Source of the DNA: Planctomycetota bacterium
GTDB lineage: Bacteria > Planctomycetota > GCA-002687715 > DRQF01
DNA: 64,000 nt
Reading direction: 5' to 3'
NCBI GenBank assembly: GCA_020639295.1
Contig: JACKGY010000004.1
Span: 6,348-70,347 of the forward strand
Translations under genes and position numbers: made by a program
The notes under the pieces: generated by a model
Told to the model about the DNA's origin: nothing
Seen by the model: the letters and a program-made list of their open reading frames with translations, nothing else
The model's database searches: none
Part shown: one piece after another, positions 58,478 through 64,000 of the stretch
How the letters are laid out: the number at the start of each line of letters is the position of its first letter
Numbering within the stretch: position 1 is the stretch's first letter

Positions 58478-61400
58478 TCAGCGGAGCGCGCGGGCGAGCG
58501 CACGCGAGAGATCGTCGGAGCTGAAGGGCTTGGGCAGCCGGGCGCGGAACCCGTGGTCCTCGTGGCGGGCGAAGGTCTCGTCCTTGGAGTAGCCGGAGGT
58601 GACGATGATGCGCGCCGACGGGTCCAGCTGAAGAAGCTGGCGACTGGCCTCGAGGCCGCCCATGCCCCCGGGAACGGTGAGGTCGAGGATGACCGCGGCG
58701 AAGGGCCGACCTTCCTCGAGGGCCTGGCGGAAGGCCGCGATCGCCCGGTCGCCGTCCGCGCATTCCACCACGCTGCAGCCGAAGCGCTCGAGCACCCGGC
58801 GCGCGAAGCTGCGGACGGTCTCCTGATCGTCCATGAGCAGGATGCGGCCCTCGAAGCGGGCGACCGCCTCGGCCGGCTCGCTCTCGTCCGTCTTCGAGTC
58901 GCTGGTCGCCGGTAGCCGGATGCGGAAGGTGGCTCCGCGGCCGTACTCGGACTCGACGCCGATGGTGCCGCCGTGGCGCTGGACGATGGAGTGGGCGATG
59001 GACAGGCCCAAGCCGTTGCCCTCGTCCTTCGTGGAGAAGTAGGGATCGAAGATGCGCGGCAGGACTTCGGTACGGATGCCGGGGCCGTCGTCCACGATCC
59101 TGATCTCGACCGCCTCGCCCATCTTGGCCTCGGGATCGGCCACGCGCTGGGCGATGACCTCGAGGTGCCCACGCTCGGCCATGGCCTGACGCGCGTTGAT
59201 CAGGATGTTGCTGAAGACCTGATGGAACTGGCCGACGTCGATGTGCACCAGCGGGAGATCGCCGGCGATCTGCAGCCGGCATTCGACGCCCGAGCCGCGC
59301 ATCGAGAACTCGACCGAGTCACGGATCACGGCGGCGATCTCGCTCACCTCCCGCAGGGGAGCACCGCCGCGCGAGAAGGTCAGGAGCTGCTGGGTGAGGT
59401 TGCGGGCCTTGCCGCAGGCCTTGTCCGAGAGGTCGATGAGCTGGCGGGAATCGCGGTTCAAGCCGGGGTCGGCGGCGATCAGGTCGATGTTGCCGCCGAT
59501 GGCCGTGAGCAGATTGTTGAAGTCATGGGCAATGCCGCCGGCCAGGACGCCGAGGGCATCGAGCCTGGTGATGCGTTCCTGGGCTTCGGCCGCGCGTTCG
59601 AGATCGGCGGTCCGTTCCCGCACCTCGGCCTCGAGCGCGTGGCGCATGCGGCGCTGCTGGAAGAGGGCGTAGACCACGGCCCCGAGCCCGGCGATGACCA
59701 GGATGAGCAGGACGACGAACCAGGACTGCTGCCAGAACAGGGGCAGCACTTCGATCCAGGGCGAGACCACCTCGGGACCGGCGCGGCCCTCGACGTCGAT
59801 CGGTACCAGGTGCAGTCGGTAGCGACCACTGGGGATGTTCTGGTACAGGACCTCGCGCAGCGGCACGAGCCGAGCTTCGCCAAAGTCCTCCTCGAGACCC
59901 TCCAGGCGCAGCCGGAAGCGGACCCTGTCCTCGTCGATGAACGAGATGGCCCGGAAGCGGAAGGCCAGGTCGTTGGCCGGCTGTTCCAGGACGATGTCCG
60001 CGTTGATGTCCTGGGGTTCGCCGCTCGCCTCGATCCCGGTGAAGGTGACGCTCGGACCGCTGCTGCGTCGATGCTCCTCGCCCGGGTGGAAGACCGAGAC
60101 CCCGCGATCGGTTCCGATCCAGACCCGATCGCGGCCATCGACCACCGCGGCGGCCCGGTTGACCTCGAGGCCGAAGAGGCCGTTCTCGCTGCCGACGTGT
60201 TCGATCCGGTCACCGTCGCAGATGTAGACGCCGTTGTCGGTGCCCACCCACAGCCGGTGGCGCGAGTCCTCGACCAGGCCGTAGACCGGGCGTGCGATCC
60301 GCGGTTCGGTGCAGATCTCGAGGCGCTCGCCCTCGAGCCGGCAGAGGCCTTCACGCGTACCGACCATGACGCTGCCATCGCGACGCTCGACGACCGAGTA
60401 GGTGCTGCGCAGGTCCGGCGGATCGATGATCGCCGTGGTGCGATCGCCATCGATCAGGATCAGGCCGCCGGCGACCGACGTGGCATAGAGCCTGCCGCTG
60501 GCGCCGAGTGCCAGGCGACGGATCTGTCCCGGTACCGCCGTCGTGGTCACCGCCATCGGCACGAGCTGCTCGTTCTCGATCCGGTAGAGTCCCGATGCCA
60601 TGCCGGCCCAGAGCCGACCCTGTGCGTCGAACTCGACGGTGTTGAACGAGTCGCGCGGAATCTCCAGCGGGACCTTGCGGATGCCGTCGCCACGCTGGTC
60701 CCGGCTCAGGGCCTCGGGCGGCACGTGGAAGAGGCCGACGCTCTCGCTCGCCACCCAGATGCTGCCGTCGCGATCGAGGGCGAGGTCCATGATCCGGCCG
60801 TGGCGCCCGGCGGGAGCGAGGCGCAGCCGGCGGACTTCGCGGCCGTCGAGAATGGTGAGGCCGCAGCTGTTGTGGCCGAGGACGAGCATGCCGCCGGGCG
60901 TCTCGACGATCGCCGTGACCTCGTCCTCGAGCAGGCCGTGTTCGGCATCGAAGCCGGCGATGCGGCGGGAGATGATCTTGGTGAGGCCACGCGAGGTGGC
61001 GATCCAGACGTTGCCCTCGCGATCGAGGATGACGTCGTGGACACCGCCCGAGATCAGGCCGTTGGCCCTCTCGAGGAATTCGATCCCGCTGGCGGGGTCG
61101 TAGTGGGCCACGACCGCGGAGTCGCCGAAGTAGAGGCCGCCGTGTCCGTCGCTGGCGGCCCGCCCGGGCTTCCAGCGCAGGGCGAGGCTCTCCTCCACGA
61201 ACCGGGGCCCCTCGGTCTCGAAACGGCCCGGGCCGGTCGTGTCGTCGAAGCGGATGCGACCGAGGTGCCCCCGGCCCACGGCCCAGACCTCGTTCCGGTC
61301 GGCAACGCTCGCCAGCGCGACGAGATCGGCCGAGCCTTCGCCCGTAATCGTGGTCACCTCCCGGCTGACCGGGTCGACCAGGCGGAGGTCGCGGTCGGTC

Positions 61401-61948
61401 GCCACGAGGAGCCGACCGCGATGGAGGGCGGCCGCGCCGATCTTGCGCTCGTCGTCGTCGTCGCCGAAGGCGATCGGCTGCCAGCGCTCGTCCAGGCAGA
61501 TCTCGATCCGGCCGCTGGCGAAGATCAGGATCGGGCGGGTCTCTCCGTCGAGCTCGAGGAGGAACAGCTCGATCGGGACATCGGTCGTGGGCTTGATGCG
61601 CGGCGCGAAGGCCGGGAAGGCGACCCAGCCCTGGGCCTCGTGCCGATAGACGGCCGAATCGTTGGCGGTCCAGATCCGACCCCGGGTATCGCTCCGGACC
61701 AGGGCGTTGGTGACGCCGCTCACGTTGCGCTCGGGGTTCTCCGCCTCCCAGGTCTGGCCGTCGAAGGCGACCAGGCCGATTCGCGTCGCCAGCCAGATCC
61801 GTCCCTCGGCGTCCTGCGCCAGCGAGGCCACCTCCGCCGAAGGCAGGCCCTCGCGCAGGCCGTAGATCTGGGTGAAATAGTGCTGGGCCGCCAGACGCGG
61901 GGCGGCGAGGAGGGCAAAGAGGAGGATGGCGAGGTTGCGGGCGTGCAT
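58478..61948 (-). CDS. Hybrid sensor histidine kinase with N-terminal two-component-regulator propeller / Y_Y_Y-type sensor region and C-terminal receiver
   Basis: ORF 58478..62008, with start 61948 (MHARNLAILLFALLAAPRLAAQ) or 62008. Long beta-propeller-like repeats and a Y_Y_Y-like stretch RFRLRLEGLEE..YQNIPSGRYRLHL. TM segment. H-box GGIAHDFNNLLTAIGG. N/G boxes ILINARQAM, DDGPGI, GNGLGLS. Receiver ILLMDDQETVR..AVILDLTVPGGMGG..KPF. Confidence 0.9.
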   Translation of the reverse strand: MHARNLAILLFALLAAPRLAAQHYFTQIYGLREGLPSAEVASLAQDAEGRIWLATRIGLVAFDGQTWEAENPERNVSGVTNALVRSDTRGRIWTANDSAVYRHEAQGWVAFPAFAPRIKPTTDVPIELFLLELDGETRPILIFASGRIEICLDERWQPIAFGDDDDERKIGAAALHRGRLLVATDRDLRLVDPVSREVTTITGEGSADLVALASVADRNEVWAVGRGHLGRIRFDDTTGPGRFETEGPRFVEESLALRWKPGRAASDGHGGLYFGDSAVVAHYDPASGIEFLERANGLISGGVHDVILDREGNVWIATSRGLTKIISRRIAGFDAEHGLLEDEVTAIVETPGGMLVLGHNSCGLTILDGREVRRLRLAPAGRHGRIMDLALDRDGSIWVASESVGLFHVPPEALSRDQRGDGIRKVPLEIPRDSFNTVEFDAQGRLWAGMASGLYRIENEQLVPMAVTTTAVPGQIRRLALGASGRLYATSVAGGLILIDGDRTTAIIDPPDLRSTYSVVERRDGSVMVGTREGLCRLEGERLEICTEPRIARPVYGLVEDSRHRLWVGTDNGVYICDGDRIEHVGSENGLFGLEVNRAAAVVDGRDRVWIGTDRGVSVFHPGEEHRRSSGPSVTFTGIEASGEPQDINADIVLEQPANDLAFRFRAISFIDEDRVRFRLRLEGLEEDFGEARLVPLREVLYQNIPSGRYRLHLVPIDVEGRAGPEVVSPWIEVLPLFWQQSWFVVLLILVIAGLGAVVYALFQQRRMRHALEAEVRERTADLERAAEAQERITRLDALGVLAGGIAHDFNNLLTAIGGNIDLIAADPGLNRDSRQLIDLSDKACGKARNLTQQLLTFSRGGAPLREVSEIAAVIRDSVEFSMRGSGVECRLQIAGDLPLVHIDVGQFHQVFSNILINARQAMAERGHLEVIAQRVADPEAKMGEAVEIRIVDDGPGIRTEVLPRIFDPYFSTKDEGNGLGLSIAHSIVQRHGGTIGVESEYGRGATFRIRLPATSDSKTDESEPAEAVARFEGRILLMDDQETVRSFARRVLERFGCSVVECADGDRAIAAFRQALEEGRPFAAVILDLTVPGGMGGLEASRQLLQLDPSARIIVTSGYSKDETFARHEDHGFRARLPKPFSSDDLSRALARALR

Positions 61949-62040
61949 CAGCTCGGCTGGGTCAGGACGGGGCGTCACGAACGCCACGAAGGCATCGTCG
62001 AGCTGCATGGTAGCGGCTGACTGCGGATCAGGGTAGCCGT

Positions 62041-62519
62041 CGAAGCGCCGACCGCGAAGCCCCAGCCGCTGGCTGGCCTAGCTTCCTTGCCCGTCGCTCG
62101 GGGCCTCGTCTCGACGATGCACGCCCGTCGCCTTCGACGCCCATGCCGGCTGGGCAGCCGGCGCTCCGGAGCGCCAGCCGCTGGCTGGCCTAGTCTTCTT
62201 CGGCCCTTGCTCGGGGTCTTGCGGCGACGATGGCCATGCTCGGAGTCGTCTACGACTCGAACGCGATCGGCCTATAGGCCGGCTGGGCAGCCGGCGCTCC
62301 GATGCGCAGCAGGCGCTGCGCGGTCCTTCCGGAGCGCCAGCCGCTGGCTGGCCTAGTCCTCTTCGCCCGTTGCTCGGGGTCTTGCGGCGACGATGGCCAT
62401 GCTCGGAGTCGTCTACGACTCGAACGCGATCGGCCTATAGGCCGGCTGGGCAGCCGGCGCTCCGATGCGCAGCCGGCGCTGCGCGGTCCTTCCGGAGCGC
62501 CAGCCGCTGGCTGGCCTAG
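62041..62519. repeat. Hairpin-module repeat, locus C (units of 102, 173 and 163 bp), truncated by the IS element
   Basis: GGCTGGCCTAG ends at 62081, 62183, 62356 and 62519. It carries the same modules as locus B, but the stem-loop before CGGCCTATAGGCCG is a sequence variant (GCTCGGAGTCGTCTACGACTCGAACGC). The last unit ends exactly where the IS-like low-GC sequence starts. Confidence 0.85.
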
Positions 62520-64000
62520 CCCGTATCGCTCACCACATTTACTAGAAAACAGCCGCCAAGCTTGGAAGAGTGGGGTGAAACAACAGATCCCAGGACTTCC
62601 AGCGAGGTGGCTGTAGGTGACAGAGTGTAACGGCGAGCGGGTGACGAGCCGAGGCCCGGGCAGGCGAGAATTCACGGCATCTTTCGACGGCGGCCAGATC
62701 AGCTCGGACGCAGGCGGTTTGCTCCTACACGAGGTCGATCGCCGCCTTTCCCTCTTCGATCGCTTCGCATCTTGCTTCCACGACTACCGAGATCCGAGCC
62801 GGATCGACCACAGCGTCCGCGACCTGGTGGCTCAGCGTGTGATGGCGATTGCGCTCGGCTACGAGGACCTGAACGACCACGACGAGCTCAGCCGCGATCC
62901 GCTTCTGGCCGCCCTGGTCGGGAAGGCCGACCCGACGGGCTTGGAGCGCCGTCGCGACCGTGATCGAGGTCGGCCTCTCGCGAGCAGCAGCACCCTGAAT
63001 CGCGTCGAGCTCTCGCGTAGCGGCGAGGCGTCCAAGGACCGCTACCGTCGGATCGAGCTGAGCTCGGATGCCGTCGACGAGCTTCTGGTGGATCTCTTCG
63101 TCGAGTCTCACGCGGACGAGCCCGAGGAGATCATCCTCGACTTCGACGCGACCGACGATCCGATCCACGGCCGTCAGGAAGGTCGCTTCTTCCACGGTTA
63201 CTACGACTGCTACTGCTACATGCCGCTCTACATCTTCGCCGGCGATCATCTGCTGTCGGCACGATTGCGCATGAGCAACCAGGACGGTGCGGCCGGCTCG
63301 CTCGAGGAGCTGCAACGCATTGTGGCCCAGCTCCGTACGCGCTGGACGAAGACGAGGATCATCGTCCGCGCCGACTCCGGCTTCTGCCGCAATGGCTTCC
63401 TCGATTGGTGCGAGGAAAACGGGGTCGACTACGTGATCGGCCTTGCTCGCAACGCCCGCCTCGAGTCCGAGCTCGAGGATCACCTGCTCGACGCTGAGGA
63501 CCTCTGCGAGAGCTTCGGCCGCAAGGTCGCGCTCTTCCACTGCTTCAACTGGCGGACGATCGACTCCTGGTCTCGCGAGCGGCGGGTGATCGGCAAAGCG
63601 GAGTGCTCGAGGAAGGGGCGAAACCCACGCTTCATCGTCACCTCGCTTCCTTGCGACGATCACCACGAAGCCGAACGAATCTACCGCGACATCTACTGTC
63701 AGCGCGGCGAAATGGAGAACCGGATCAAGGAGCAGCAGCTCGACCTCTTTGCCGACCGGACGAGCGCCCACACGATGCAGGCGAACCAGATCCGCCTCTA
63801 CTTCTCGTCGATAGCCTACGTCCTCGTCGACGCGCTGCGACGGATCGGGCTGAAGGGGACGGAAGCCGAGCGGGCGCAGTGTGGCACCATCCGGCTGAAG
63901 CTGCTGAAGATCGGCGCTCGGGTCCGGGTGACCTGCCGGCGAATCTGGATCAACATGTCGAGCGCCTGCCCCTACAAGGACATCTTCTTCGCCGCCTGGC
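62515..64000 (+). mobile_element. IS1380-family insertion sequence, left end plus most of the transposase (right end beyond the window)
   Basis: GC content drops at 62520-62616. The transposase ORF follows. The exact left boundary is uncertain (62515 if the terminal repeat begins CCTAG, 62520 otherwise). Confidence 0.8.
62617..64000 (+). CDS. IS1380-family DDE transposase (3' end beyond the window)
   Basis: Absent from the ORF track because it has no stop in the window. My translation from GTG 62617, just after an in-frame TAG at 62614-62616, gives (M)TECNGERVTSRGPGRREFTASFDGGQISSDAGGLLLHEVDRRLSLFDRFASCF..ALGYEDLNDHDELSRDP..DFDATDDPIHGRQEGRFFHGYYDCYCYMPLYIF..RADSGFCR..YCQRGEMENRIKEQQLDLFADRTS..IRLKLLKIGARV. 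These are the hallmark blocks I associate with IS1380-family transposases. Confidence 0.85.
   Translation, partial: MTECNGERVTSRGPGRREFTASFDGGQISSDAGGLLLHEVDRRLSLFDRFASCFHDYRDPSRIDHSVRDLVAQRVMAIALGYEDLNDHDELSRDPLLAALVGKADPTGLERRRDRDRGRPLASSSTLNRVELSRSGEASKDRYRRIELSSDAVDELLVDLFVESHADEPEEIILDFDATDDPIHGRQEGRFFHGYYDCYCYMPLYIFAGDHLLSARLRMSNQDGAAGSLEELQRIVAQLRTRWTKTRIIVRADSGFCRNGFLDWCEENGVDYVIGLARNARLESELEDHLLDAEDLCESFGRKVALFHCFNWRTIDSWSRERRVIGKAECSRKGRNPRFIVTSLPCDDHHEAERIYRDIYCQRGEMENRIKEQQLDLFADRTSAHTMQANQIRLYFSSIAYVLVDALRRIGLKGTEAERAQCGTIRLKLLKIGARVRVTCRRIWINMSSACPYKDIFFAAW

Noticed and set aside
62725-63771. 348-aa minus-strand ORF across the IS region.
   Set aside because: It is antisense to the IS1380-family transposase frame, whose translation shows the family's hallmark blocks. 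The minus-strand product has no recognisable features.

Overview
Visibly GC-rich bacterial chromosomal window. It is densely coding on both strands and carries very long antisense 'shadow' ORFs, which are typical of high-GC DNA. I found no rRNA, tRNA or CRISPR array.

Main theme: four ECF-sigma / Ser-Thr-kinase (STK) gene pairs.
- Three kinases carry a C-terminal FGE-sulfatase-type domain. One carries WD40 repeats.
- Each pair sits beside genes for large signal-peptide proteins from three paralogous families that recur in the window:
  - P family: four ~840-aa proteins (P1-P4) with three internal repeats, a MAM-like domain and a conserved C-terminal module.
  - F family: two ~730-aa FG-GAP/VCBS proteins (F1, F2).
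  - T family: two collagen / tail-fibre-like proteins.
- Two cassettes, P3-kinase-sigma at 27.7-34.0 kb and sigma-kinase-P4 at 48.4-54.7 kb, are mirror-image paralogs flanking a 14-kb core.
- Short conserved motifs lie upstream of the secreted-protein genes.

Second theme: a modular, hairpin-dense intergenic repeat.
- It occurs at three loci (18.36-18.6 kb, 34.04-35.25 kb, 62.04-62.52 kb).
- The largest is a 1.2-kb array of 163/231-bp units.
- The third array is cut by a partial IS1380-family element at the window end.

Other content:
- an 835-aa ORF with an ECF-sigma-like N-terminus, hydrophobic segments and a long C-terminal region
- a translationally coupled operon (GGDEF-EAL, response regulator, PAS histidine kinase, response regulator)
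- a hybrid propeller-type histidine kinase
- a HEAT/vWA protein
- a two-gene operon of unknown function
- small accessory enzymes (GNAT, VOC, DinB, alcohol dehydrogenase, methyltransferase, DUF885)

All domain calls come from motif recognition by eye; no database search was run.
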